DNA of 64,000 nucleotides from Mobula hypostoma (lineage: Eukaryota): NCBI RefSeq assembly GCF_963921235.1, contig NC_086097.1:127474001-127538000 (forward strand), read 5' to 3'. Position 1 is the first letter of the stretch, and every line of letters starts with the position of its first letter. Shown one piece after another: positions 1-11,599 of the stretch. Below the pieces are notes generated by a model. It saw only the letters and a program-made list of their open reading frames with translations, did not search any database and was not told where the DNA came from. Both the position numbers and the translations under genes were made by a program.

Positions 1-1224
1 TTACAAATGTTTGGCTCAGCATCCTATAATTTGCTGGCTTATTCGAAGAGCCACTCTTGATCAACAGAACAGGTTTATCAATCCTCCAGTTCTCCAGCAC
101 TTCGCTCATGGCTAAGGATATTTGAAATATCTCTGCTAGGGCCCTTGCAATTTCTGCATTAGTGTCCCACATGGCAAAAGGGAGACCTTGTCAGGCTCTG
201 GGGATTTATCCACCCTAACGTGCTTCAAGACAGCAAGCACCTCCTCTGTAATCTATATATGGTCCAAGATCTCACTGCTGTTTTGCCTCAGTCTATCGAC
301 TCTGCGTCTGTCTCCCCGGCAAATAGAGATGCACAAATCTATTTATGATCTCCTCAGCTGTTTCGGTTCTATGAAGAGATGACCACATTTTTCTTCACGA
401 GGACCAATTTTTCCCTTGCTATCCTTTTCCTTATAGTATCTCCAGAAACCCTTAGATTCTCCTCCACCTTGTCTGCCAGAGCAACCTCAAACCTTCTTTT
501 ATCCCTCCTGATTTCCCTCTTAAGTCTTCTCTTGCTTTTCTTATACTCAAATACCTCATTTATTCCTGCCTGCCCATACCCGCTATGCACCTCCTTCTTT
601 TCCTTAACCAGGGCCTTAATATCTCTTGAAAACCAAGGTTTCCAAAACCCGTTTGGCTTTCCTTTTATTCTAACAAGAACATGCAAACTCTGTACTCTCA
701 AAATTTCACTTTTGAAGGCATCCTACTTACCAATTATGCCTTTTCCAGAAAACAACCGGTCCCAATCTTTGGTCTTTCGCCAGTTTAGAATCTCAACCTG
801 AGGACCAGACCACTCCTCCCTAATTACCTTAAAACTAATGGAATTATGATCACTAGACCCAAAGTGTCTCCTTACAAAGCGTCTTCTGTCACTTGTCCTG
901 CCTTGTTCCCTAACATTGATCCAGTATCACACTTTTTGTAGTTGGGACCTACATTCTGTCCCGGCTAAGAGCTGTGTGACATTTTCTTTGACTAGTAATG
1001 CTACACCCACCACCCCCGCCCAACCCCTCCAGGCTAACATGTCTAAAACAATGGAGCCCAAAAACACTGAGCTGCCGGTCCTACCCCTCCGACAACCAAG
1101 TCTCAGTAATGGCTACAATGTCATAATTCCACGTGCTGAGCCATGCTCTAAGCACATCCGCCTTACCTACAGAACTCTTGGCATTGAAATAGACACAGCT
1201 CAGAACATTATTCCTATCCTGCTC
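1..1224 (-). mobile_element. CR1 LINE ORF2 N-terminal (APE endonuclease) part, interrupted by the Penelope element; continues at about 5701-6130
   Basis: LSCVYFNAKS...YDIVAITETWL endonuclease motif; PWFSRDIKALVK linker. Confidence 0.85.
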
Positions 1225-1333
1225 AACTTTTGACTCAAACAACAGGAATTCTGCCGATGCTGGAAATTCAAGCAACATACATCAAAGTTGCTGGTGAACG
1301 CAGCAGGCCAAGCAGCATCTATAGGAAGAGGTG

Positions 1334-1371
1334 CAGTTGACGTTTCAGGCCGAGACCCTTCGTCAGGACTA
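1334..1371 (-). ncRNA. Minimal hammerhead ribozyme in the 3' pLTR, with a stem I mismatch
   Basis: Reverse complement of the same motif, reading GTC^AACTG instead of GTC^GACTG. Confidence 0.8.
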
Positions 1372-1667
1372 ACTGAAGGAAGAGTGAGTAAGGGATTTGA
1401 AAGTTGGAGGGGGAGGGGGAGATCCAAAATGATAGGAGAAGACAGGAGGGGGAGGGATAGAGCCGAGAGCTGGACAGGTGATAGGCAAAAGGGGATACGA
1501 GAGGATCATGGGACAGGAGGTCCGAGAAGAAAGACAAGGGGGGGGGGTTGACCCAGAGGATGGGCAAGAGGTATATTCAGAGGGACAGAGGGAGAAAAAG
1601 GAGAGTGAGAGAAAGAATGTGTGCATAAAAATGAGTAACAGATGGGGTACGAGGGGGAGGTGGGGCC

Positions 1668-4600
1668 TTAGCGGAAGTTAGAGAAGTCGATGTTCATGCC
1701 ATCAGGTTGGAGGCTACCCAGACGGAATATAAGGTGTTGTTCCTCCAACCTGAGTGTGGCTTCATCTTTACAGTAGAGGAGGCCGTGGATAGACATGTCA
1801 GAATGGGAATGGGATGTGGAATTAAAATGTGTGGCCACTGGGAGATCCTGCTTTCTCTGGCGGATAGAGCGTAGATGTTCAACAAAGCGGTCTCCCAGTC
1901 TGCGTTGGGTCTCACCAATATATAAAAGGCCACATCGGGAGCACCGGACGCAGTATGTCACCCCAGACGACTCACAGGTGAAGTGATGCCTCACCTGGAA
2001 GGACTGTTTGGGGCCCTGAATGGTGGTAAGGGAGGAAGTGTAAGGGCATGTGTAGCACTTGTTCCGCTTACACGGATAAGTGCCAGGAGGGAGATCAGTG
2101 GGGAGGGATGGGGGGGACGAATGGACAAGGGAGTTGTGTAGGGAGCGATCCCTGCGGAATGCAGAGGGGGGGGGAGGGAAAGATGTGCTTAGTGTGGGAT
2201 TCCCGTTGGAGGTGGCGGAAGTTACGGAGAATAATATGTTGGACCCGGAGGCTGGTGGGGTGGTAGGTGAGGACCAGGGGAACCCCATTCCTAGTGGGGT
2301 GGTGGGAGGATGGAGTGAGAGCAGATGTACGTGAAATGGGGGAGATGCGTTTAAGAGCAGAGTTGATAGTGGAGGAAGGGAAGCCCCTTTCTTTAAAAAA
2401 GGAAGACATATCCCTCGTCCTAGAATGAAAAGCCTCATCCTGAGAGCAGATGCGGCGGAGACGGAGGAATTGCGAGAAGGGGATGGCGTTTTTGCAAGAG
2501 ACAGGGTGAGAAGAGGAATAGTCCAGATAGCTGTGAGAGTCAGTAGGCTTATAGTAGACATCGGTGGATAAGCTATCTCCAGAGACAGAGACAGAAAGAT
2601 CTAGAAAGGTGTCGGAAATGGACCAGGTAAACTTGAGGGCAGGGTGAAAGTTGAAGGCAAAGTTAATAAAGTCAACGAGTTCTGCATGCGTGCAGGAAGC
2701 AGCGCCAATGCAGTCGTCGATGTAGCGAAGGAAAAGTGGCGGACAGATACCAGGATAGGCACGGAACATAGATTGTTGCACAAACCCAACAAAAAGGCAG
2801 GCATAGCTCGGACCCATACGGGTGCCCATAGCTACACCTTTAGTTTGGAGGAAATGGGAGGAGCCAAAGGAGAAATTAGTAAGAGTAAGGACTAATTCCG
2901 CTAGACGGAGCAGAGTGGTGGTAGAGGGGAACTGATTAGGTCTGGAATCCAAAAAGAAGCGTAGAGCTTTGAGACCTTCCTGATGGGGGATGGAAGTATA
3001 TAAGGACTGGACATCCATGGTGAAAATAAAGTGGTGGGGGCCAGGGAACTTAAAATTATCGAAAAGTTTAAGAGCGTGAGAAGTGTCACGAACATAGGTC
3101 GGAAGGGATTGAACAAGGGGTGATAAAACAGTGTCGAGGTATGCAGAAATGAGTTCGGTGGGGCAGGAGCAAGCTGAGACAATAGGTCGGCCAGGACAGG
3201 CAGGTTTGTGGATCTTGGGTAGGACGTAGAAACGGGAAGTGCGGGGTGTGGGAACTATAAGGTTGGTAGCAGTGGATATGGGAGATCCCCTGAGCGGATA
3301 AAGTCAGTGATGGTGTGGGAGACAATGGCCTGGTGCTCCTTAGTGGGGTCACGATCGAGGGGTAAATAAGAGGAGGTATCCGCGAGTTGTCGGTGTGCCT
3401 CGGCAAGGTAGAGGTCAGTACGCCAGACTACAACAGCACCCCCCTTATCAGCGGGTTTAATAATAAGGTTAGGATTAGTGCGGAGAGAGTGGAGAGCAGA
3501 GCGTTCCGAAGGAGTGAGGTTGGAATGGGGACAAGGTGCGGTGAAGTCGAGACGGTTGATGTCCCGTCGGCAGTTAGCAATAAAGAGATCCAGAGCAGGC
3601 AGAAGACCAGAGCGGGGTGTCCATGAAGAAGAGGAGGGTTGAAGACGGGAGAAGGGGTCCTCGGTGGGGGTGGAAGAGTCCTTGCCGAAGAAGTAGGCTC
3701 GGAGATGGAGACGGCGGAAGAAAAGTTCCGCATCGTGGCGAACACGGAACTCGCTGAGGTGTGGGCGAAGGGGGACAAACGTGAGGCCCTTACTGAGAAC
3801 AGAGCGTTCTGCCTCCGACAGTTGAAGGTCGGAGGGGATGGTAAAGACCCGGCACGGATGAGAGCTGGGATCGGAGGGGGGAGGCTGGGGGTGTCAATGG
3901 AGAGGGGAGGGTTGGGGTGAGAGGAAGATGGAGCCTCTGAGGGCCCAGGAGTTGACGGTGGGATCTGAGGAAGACGGGGCTGTGGAGTGGTGGTGGGGGA
4001 AGGGGAGACGGGAGTCACAACAGCAGCACTTGAAGACCCGGCCTGGAGCTCAAGGCTGGAGTCGCAGTTGGTGGTTGCGCAATCGCTGTGAAGGTGTCCA
4101 TGGTCGTTGCTGGAGTCCGGATTTTGAATATGCCCTGAGGTGTTGGAGCCGCCGAGATCAATGGCAGGTGCCGCAATCTGAAGTTCATGCCTGCTAGCGT
4201 CAGGGCCGGCAGGCTCTGGAGTCCGTAGATGTAGGATCTTGCGATCTTTGCCTAACATGACAAAGTCAAAAAAACGGCGATTGCAGGCGTGAATCCGACG
4301 GAGGATGAAATAACGGGTAGGACCATTACAGACGGCGAAGAAAGTGTCCCGAAGGTATGGAAGGGTCTGGGATAGGGACACCAAGTACCTCCTCATGGCG
4401 GAGAGCATCGCCTTCAGAGCTTGACGGGAGAAGCGGCGAGAGGCAGAGTCAATAAAATGTGAGTACCTGGGATCCTCAGAAGGTCCAAATTGAGAGGCTT
4501 GGAAACGAATCCTAAAGCCAACTGGAGTAAGTTGGCGACGGAGGCACGTTCCAAGAAAGGATATATGGCTGTGATAGCGAGTCTGAGTCAAAGTGTGGTC

Positions 4601-4701
4601 GAAAAGTTGAAGAGCCGAAGAAATTACAGATGGGAGCAGTGAGAGATGGTTTCACTGAACTCCTGTCGAAGAGAGGATCTAAACTTCTTCGGTGTAGGCA
4701 T
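1668..4701 (-). pseudogene. Penelope polyprotein (about 1000 codons): N-terminal region, DKG motif, reverse transcriptase, Cys linker, GIY-YIG endonuclease; about 4 frameshifts
   Basis: Motifs KPADKGG, DVQSLYTSIP, GVAMGTRMGP, RYIDD, CKRNKCYTC and LLYIGET...R...EH. ATG at 4701. Frameshifts near 4633, 3880, 3278 and 2170, mostly in short repeats or homopolymers. Confidence 0.9.
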
Positions 4702-5588
4702 CACCGGAAGAGGCTTCGCAGTAGTGAATTTAAACGCAAACAACAGGAATTCTGCAGATGCTGGAAATAAGCACATCTTTCCCTCCCCCTCTCTCTCTGC
4801 ATTCCGCAGGGATCGCTCCCTACACAACTCCCTTGTCCATTCGTCCCCCCCATCCCTCCCCACTGATCTCCCTCCTGGCACTTATCCGTGTAAGCGGAAC
4901 AAGTGCTACACATGCCCTTACACTTCCTCCCTTACCACCATTCAGGGCCCCAAACAGTCCTTCCAGGTGAGGCATCACTTCACCTGTGAGTCGACTGGGG
5001 TGACATACTGCGTCCGGTGCTCCCGATGTGGCCTTTTATATATTGGTGAGACCCGACGCAGACTGGGAGACCGCTTTGCTGAACATCTACGCTCTGTCTG
5101 CCAGAGAAAGCAGGATCTCCCAGTGGCCACACATTTTAATTCCACATCCCATTCCCATTCTGACATGTCTATCCACGGCCTCCTCTACTGTAAAGATGAA
5201 GCCAAACTCAGGTTGAAGGAACAACACCTTATATTCCGTCTGGGTAGCCTCCAACCTGATGGCATGAACATCGACTTCTCTAACTTCCGCTAAGGCCCCA
5301 CCTCCCCCTCGTACCCCATCTGTTATTCATTTTTATGCACACATTCTTTCTCTCACTCTCCTTTTTCTCCCTCTGTCCCTCTGAATATACCTCGTGCCCA
5401 TCCTCTGGGTCACCCCCCCACCCTGTCTTTCTTCCCGGACCTCCTGTCCCATGATCCTCTCGTATCCCCTTTTGCCTATCACCTGTCCAGCCCTTGGCTC
5501 TATCCCTCCCCTTCCTGTCTTCTCCTATCATTTTGCATCTCCCCCTCCCCCTCCAGCTTTCAAATCCCTTACTCACTCTTCCTTCAGT

Positions 5589-5626
5589 TAGTCCTGACGA
5601 AGGGTCTCGGCCTGAAACGTCGACTG
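5589..5626 (+). ncRNA. Minimal type I hammerhead ribozyme in the inverted pLTR
   Basis: TAGTC-CTGACGA-AGGGTCTCGGCCT-GAAA-CG-TC^GACTG: intact core, stems I and II, and an ACGT palindrome in place of stem III; predicted cleavage after C5621. Confidence 0.85.
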
Positions 5627-7029
5627 CACCTCTTCCTATAGATGCTGCTTGGCCTGCTGCGTTCACCAGCAACTTTGATGTATGTTGTAACTTTTGACTC
5701 CTGTCTTTGTAACATCATTCCCCATAACCACCCCTCTATTCACCCAGGTAGTGTGGTTTCCACCCTGCAACTCTAGCACAAACAAACCTTCCTACAGGTG
5801 CCCAGTGAGCCCCTCAGGTTCAGGTGCAATCCATCCCATCTACACAAGTCTCACTTTCTCTGGAAGATAGCCCAATGATCCAAAAATCTGAAGCTCTCCT
5901 GCATGCATCATCTCCTCAGCCAAGTGCTAAACTGTATTATCTTCCTATTTCTGGGCTTCTGAATTCAAATGGTATAATAAAAAAGTCTTGTATTACAACT
6001 GAGACCATTACAGTCTCTGGGCCTCAGTATCTTCTATCCATCCAGTCCACTTCCATGGTGTTTTGCTTCAAAAAAAAAAGCAAGCTGGTGGTATTGTCAA
6101 GGAGCTTCCCACCCTGGCCCTGCACTGTTCTCTCTTCTGTCTTCTGGGAGAAGATAAAGGAAACTGGATGAGCGAACTTAGGAACAGCTGCTTCCTCCTT
6201 ACTGCTGAGCTAATAATCTCTTTCTTGACCCTTTCCCAGTGGTGTTTCCACGTTCTTAGGCTCTTAATTCTATCTCTCTTACTGTTACTTTAGCATTTAC
6301 GTTTGCAGTGCTCAGACTGCACCGCAATTGTTAATCAATCTGTTGTTTTGTGCTCACTGTATTTACTGTGAAATGTACTACCACCACGTGCCGTACACTT
6401 GGTGAGCGTCATGCAAGCAAGGAATTTTATTGCACCCGGGGATATATGACAATTTAGATCCGATACAACAATTTCAGATAACTAGCTATGCAATCTTTTT
6501 CTTTTCACATATCTTACATTCGCAGTTAGTTTGCTTCTGGTAATTTCAAACATATGTTTGATTTTTATGTTCTTTTCTAGTTTCTTCATGTCACATTATC
6601 CACCAGAAACCTTTTGCAGCCTCTTTCAGCGCACTCCTTTCATCGTTCAATCTATCGTCTTCCCTCGTATCGAAACCTATCCTTTTATTCCCTACTTTGT
6701 TTCTGCCTTCCTCTGCATCTTACAAGTTTTACCTTCAACTTTCTCTGGTTCTGATGAACCGGAATTTTATCTGGGTGGATGTGAATCATGATGGCCATTT
6801 CTCTCTTTGCAGAGGCTGTCTGACGTGCTGTGTACTGTCATATACTTATGCTCAGCTTCAGACTGCCAACATGTAAGTAGCTGACACTGGAATGATGGGG
6901 GGGGGGTGAGGAGGGGGAGTGAGATGGTGACTGGGGAAGGGATGAGGGGTTAAATGGGGAGGAGGAAAGGATAGTGGAAGGGGGGTAGGGGAAGTGGGAG
7001 GGCATAGAGAGAGAAAACTTTGGACTTAC

Positions 7030-7159
7030 GCCTGTGAAGAACAGTGGGAATGTTGCTCTGCAGAGCCTCACAGGCGTTGGGAATGGACTTGCTGCCGAGC
7101 TCCTCTATCGTCTTGCTCACGTTCTCGAGCCCTCTTTGCTCTCGGAAGCCACGCTTCAC
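7030..7159 (-). CDS. BLOC1S5: BLOC1S5 exon 3 (130 nt), VKRGFREQRGLENVSKTIEELGSKSIPNACEALQSNIPTVLHR
   Basis: Similar to EKRGLREMRVLENL...VLQR; aag acceptor and GTAAGT donor; phase consistent with exon 2. Confidence 0.92.
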
Positions 7160-7814
7160 CTTTGGTGACAGGGGGAGAAAGGCCACAGTTATTAAAAAAT
7201 TCTGCAAAAGTTAGCCATCTTGCACGAGACACCTTGACGTTGAATGATCAGTCCTGGAAAAAGTAATTTCTGCAATCAGTTCAGCGGGGCAGAAAGGGCT
7301 TGTGCAAACTGAGAGAGATCACTCGGTAAAACCATGGGACTTAAAAGTTATTAAATTAATTCTTGCTTTATTTCCTTGTGTCACAGAAGGCTCACTGACC
7401 TTCACTGTCAGTCCCAGATTGTAACCTATTCTTATCCACATGTACCTTAGTTCTCTCCGTCTACACTTGGGGACAATACACTGCCGCAAATTAACATTCT
7501 AACTCACGTCACTGGGATAGAATCACAGCACAGAAGACCACCTTTGGCCCAACTCGTCCACACTGACCAGAATGCCTTCCTGACCTAATCCCATTTGCGT
7601 ACACCTGGTCCATAATCTTCTACATCTCCTCTATCCGTACACCTGTCCAAATGCCTTTTGATTTGTTATGAGGATACCCACCACTTCCTCTGGCTGTTTG
7701 CCATAGATACCCATCATTCTCTGTGTGGAAAACATGCTCCTCTGTTTCCATTAAAATATTTCCTCTTTTCATCTTAAAAACACGTTCTCTAGTTTTAAGG
7801 CTTCCCTCCGAGAA

Positions 7815-8100
7815 CAGCACGGTAGTGTGGTGGTTAGCACAACGCTTTACAGTACCAGTGACCCGGGTTCAGTTCCCTCTGGTGCCTGTAAGGAGTTTGT
7901 ACGTGCTCCCTGTGACCGTGTGGGTTTCCTCCGGGTGCTCGGGTTTCTTCCCACAGTCCAAGGGCGTACCGGTAGGTAGGTTAATTGGTTGTTGCAAACG
8001 GTCCTGTGATGAGGCTAGGATTAAATCGGGGGACTGCTGGGTGGCACGGCTCGAAGGGCCTATTCTGCGTTGTATCGTAATGAACAAGTGAATCAATAAA
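7815..8100 (+). mobile_element. tRNA-derived V-SINE (HE1-like); further copies at about 9030-9310(-), 11260-11560(+), 17410-17570(+) and 24690-24870(-)
   Basis: A-box/B-box-like head followed by the V-domain gtgggtttcctccgggtgctcgggtttcttcccacagtcc. Confidence 0.85.
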
Positions 8101-9379
8101 AGAACCGTGACCATTCACCTAACTATGGATGTGTGAGGAACCCAGAGTCACAGGAACCAGGGTCACTAATTTGTAGGCAGAAAGAATTATTATCCATACC
8201 TCGTGAAGTGGCCTAAATTTTACAGTAGTCAGCACAGGACACAGATTTAGGGGACAGACTTTAGGGGAAATCCGTGAGTTGCCATAAGGGCAACACAAGA
8301 GACTGCTAATCCTGAAATCTGAGTCTAAAAACATTGACAGCTCCTTTCCCACAGATGCCACCGCTCACCCCACTGAGACCCCTCCAGCCAATAGTTCAAT
8401 CATTGTTGGCTGTCTGTAGCAGTGACGAATGCACCTTATACACAAAAGCAGGGAAATTAAATTGCAAACAATAATGGTGTTGGTAAAACTAGAGTTTCAC
8501 GTCTAATTAAATTAGGAAGGATATGTGAGGGCTCAGAAGAAGGGATGAGAGACTTTGGCTATTGGATTATGCTGGAGAGCTGGAGTAAAGGCAGATGAGG
8601 AAGAGATTTGACTGAGACACACAAGACCAACGACACACAGGAAAGCCGCTCCCATCTTCAGAGGGATCAAGTTCTGTCCAAGGAAGGAGACATCGAACTT
8701 TTACAAACCTCCTCCATCAGTTACCATCTCTCTGCTCTTTCCCCCAGATCCCTACAGCCTTTACTTCTCCAGTTCTCATCAACAATCCTCTTGAAAGCGA
8801 CTACTGAATCTGCAGAGACACATCAGGCAGTGAACTCCACAATGTGCCCTGTCAAACACAGAGAGTACCGGGTTCTGACCCAGACACAAAGATCAGCAAA
8901 GGGGCATCGACAGCACTGTGGGAGTGCACGCTGGTGTTGTAATTAAGAGTAACATAAGCTGCACAGTCTGTGGTTGGGGACAAAGACAGCAAGTGGTTAA
9001 AAAAAAACCTCCTGTAAATTAAAGACAAAGGTTAGCTTCACTTGTCCCACGTACACAGTGACATAGGGTGAAATGCGAAACGAGCAACACAATCCAAGGA
9101 TGGGCTGGGTGCACACTTCTAGCATCAAGATCACAAGCCCACAATTTACCAGGCCGTACGTGTTTGGAATGTGGGAGGAAACCGGAGCACCCGGAGAAAC
9201 CCACGTGGTTACAGGGAGATCCTACAAACTCCTTACAGGCAGCGGTGGGAGTGGAACACCAATCTTGCAAACGGCGCGGCAAAGCGTTACGTCAGCTGCA
9301 ACGCTATCGTGCCACTCCTGCTCCTGACCTCACAATGGCCTTGCACCATATCGTCTGCCTGCACTGAACTTTCCCCGCA

Positions 9380-9520
9380 CAGTCCTGCTGAAGGGTCTCG
9401 GCCCAAAACATCAACTGGTTATTCATCTCCATAGAAGCTGCCTGACCTGCTGAATTCCTCCAGCATTGTGTGTGCGTGTGTTACTCTGGATTTCCAGAAT
9501 CTGCAGATTTTCTCCTGTTT
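9380..9520 (+). mobile_element. Penelope 3' fragment starting at a decayed hammerhead
   Basis: cagtcctgctgaagggtctcggcccaaaacatcaactg followed by the typical tail. Confidence 0.75.
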
Positions 9521-9610
9521 ATGCACTATGTTTTTTTAATACTTTCCCCTTACACTACCTCGACCTGCTTATGTTTTGAAAGGACGTGCCTGGATGGTGT
9601 GCAAGACTAC

Positions 9611-9721
9611 CAGACATCCCACCCCTCCTGGAAGTTCCGGGAGTCTCCTGCATATTGATAGTGGCTCCCTGATGCACACAAATTATATATATCCCAGAAA
9701 TCGATTTTTTTGAGAGTGAGC

Positions 9722-9764
<43 letters not shown>

Positions 9765-10118
9765 CGCACGCCATGGTAGAGTGTTCCAAAAAAAGAAAAT
9801 ATAAAACGTATGTCACCCCAGACTACACTAAAGTGTACCCTTATGCCTAATAGGGGTCAAAAATAATGACAGTGTTGCTCGCTGCACTGTTTGCAACAGT
9901 GACTTTTCTATTGCCCATGGTGGGTTAAGACTGTAAAAGACATGTTGAGGTGAGTTTAACAGGTGTCATTCGTTCATTAGCATAGCTAATGTTATTTAAA
10001 CTAGCTGGCCAGCTGTTAAGGAGCTACTCTATTGCAGACATCCCACCTCTCCCGGAAGTCTCCCACAAATTGATGGTGCTACCTCCCTGAAATGAGTTTT
10101 TGCAGGGTGGGATGTCTG
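9611..10118. mobile_element. Non-autonomous DNA transposon (MITE) with 14-bp TIR CAGACATCCCACCC and apparent 6-bp TSD GACTAC
   Basis: TIRs at 9611 and 10105-10118; GACTAC at 9605-9610 and 10119-10124; internal TIR copy at 10035; internal (GA)n. Confidence 0.85.
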
Positions 10119-10234
10119 GACTACGATCTTCACAGTACCTTGGTACATGTGGCAATAACAATACCAATTCCAATTTCAAAAGATTCCAGTCCAGTGCAAG
10201 AGAGGAACACACAGGGTTCACCGAAGATACTGAC

Positions 10235-10317
10235 CTCAAACTCCTTAACAAAATATCGGATTTCAGCCTGGACAACGGGCCTGTGGTCGAACAGTCTGGA
10301 GTAAACCTCACTCAGGT
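10235..10317 (-). CDS. BLOC1S5: BLOC1S5 exon 2 (83 nt), DLSEVYSRLFDHRPVVQAEIRYFVKEFE
   Basis: Manual translation matches DLGEIHSRLLDHRPVIQGETRYFVKEFE; tttttcag acceptor and GTCAGT donor. Confidence 0.95.
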
Positions 10318-10439
10318 CTGAAAAACCAAAGAAGAGTTCTGATAAAGTTACACTGAACGCAGGCCAGGGGGAAGCCTGGATCCATGGTCAACCCCAGGGT
10401 CATCTGCTTCCTGCCCCCTGCCCCCCGCTCCTGGCTTCT

Positions 10440-11130
10440 GCCCTCAGGAACTTTCTCTGATCCACCCGCCTCCCCATGAATCTACCCCGGCCCCGAAAAC
10501 AACCTCTTAACCCTGGAGATCCCACAGCCTCTGGCCCCAGGATCGCCCCCCTGTCTCGGTAAGTACTGTCCCCTGACCCCGAGCGTCTCCTAAACCTAAC
10601 CCTTGACCCTCCCCCTATCCCCATCCCACTCGCTCTCTGACCTCTCCGCGCGCGCTCCATCCTCGGGGCTTTTCCCGTCAGCTGATCTACCGCTGGAGCC
10701 ACTCCGGTCGGAAGAATCGGGGTGGGGGCCGGGCGATCCGCGGCCCCGTTCCGTCACGTAAGTCGCTCCCCTCCTTCAGCTCCGGTCTTTCCCCAAAGCT
10801 ACTTATTCTTTCTTCCATGGTGCGCGCTTCCTGATGGGTTCGCCCAGCCAACACCTTACGACGCCTCATCCGATGCAATGACCTCCCTCCATGGCTGGTC
10901 GATAGTTTCTCCCGCACCAATTAGTGAGGAGATGTAAGGGCTTCAGCCATTGGTTTAATATGTCTACTGCTGCAAAACGCCCTGTGATTCGCTGCATCTC
11001 GCAGGCTGGGCAGTGGACAGCCAGCAGGGGGAGCTGCCGGGCGTCAACGCTCACGGGTCCGCTCAGTGGTGCCCTCTCCAGGTCCCGGAAGGAAATACAG
11101 ACTCTGGGGGAAAACAGCCGAGTCGAAAAA
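10440..11130 (-). promoter_or_regulatory. BLOC1S5 CpG island/promoter
   Basis: High CpG and GC content around exon 1; CRE/E-box-like gtcacgta at about 10753; CCAAT motifs at about 10917 and 10949. Confidence 0.7.
10642..10660 (-). CDS. BLOC1S5: BLOC1S5 (MUTED) coding exon 1, MERARR+D split codon (19 nt)
   Basis: Strong Kozak context (aggATGG). A phase-1 GTCAGA donor joins in frame to exon 2 (G|AC = Asp). Inside a CpG island. Confidence 0.7.
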
Positions 11131-11599
11131 CTTTCTTTTGAATTACTTTGCTCAAAGCACAGGGAAGAGTTTGTGGATTTTTTTTTCGATAAGTTGCCAA
11201 ACATGCCCTCTCATCTGCCATTCCAGTTTTTTTTTAAAAGTTGAAGCTCAAAGTAAATTGTGGTAGCGTAATGCTTTACAGTGTCAGCAATCCGGACTCA
11301 ATTGCTCCCACTCTCTGTATGAAGTTTATCTGTTCTCCCATGACTGTGTGCCTCTCCTTTCCTGCTCCAGTTTCCTCCTGTATTCCGAAGATGTACTGGT
11401 CAGCATTAGTAAGATGTGGGCAAGTCATGTTTGCTCCAGAAGTATAGTGACACTTGCAGGCTGCCCCCAGGACATCCTCGAACTGTGTTGGTCATTCATG
11501 CAAACTACACATTTCATTGTATGTTTTGATGTTTCAATGTAAAGGTGGTAAATAAAGCTAATCTTTAAATATAATTCATCTTTGAATCTGAATGAATAC

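Larger units (their letters stand above)
1237..5688 (-). mobile_element. Near-full-length Penelope-like retroelement (Neptune-type) with inverted pseudo-LTR
   Basis: TSD AACTTTTGACTC at 1225-1236 and 5689-5700; RT plus GIY-YIG ORF; 4769-5687 is an inverted copy of 1273-2190; 31-nt tail directly repeated at 1237-1267 and 4738-4768. Confidence 0.95.

Noticed and set aside
4646..5293. Stand-alone 215-aa GIY-YIG ORF
   Set aside because: A by-product of the pLTR inversion; it starts in antisense 5'UTR sequence and has no evidence of independent expression.
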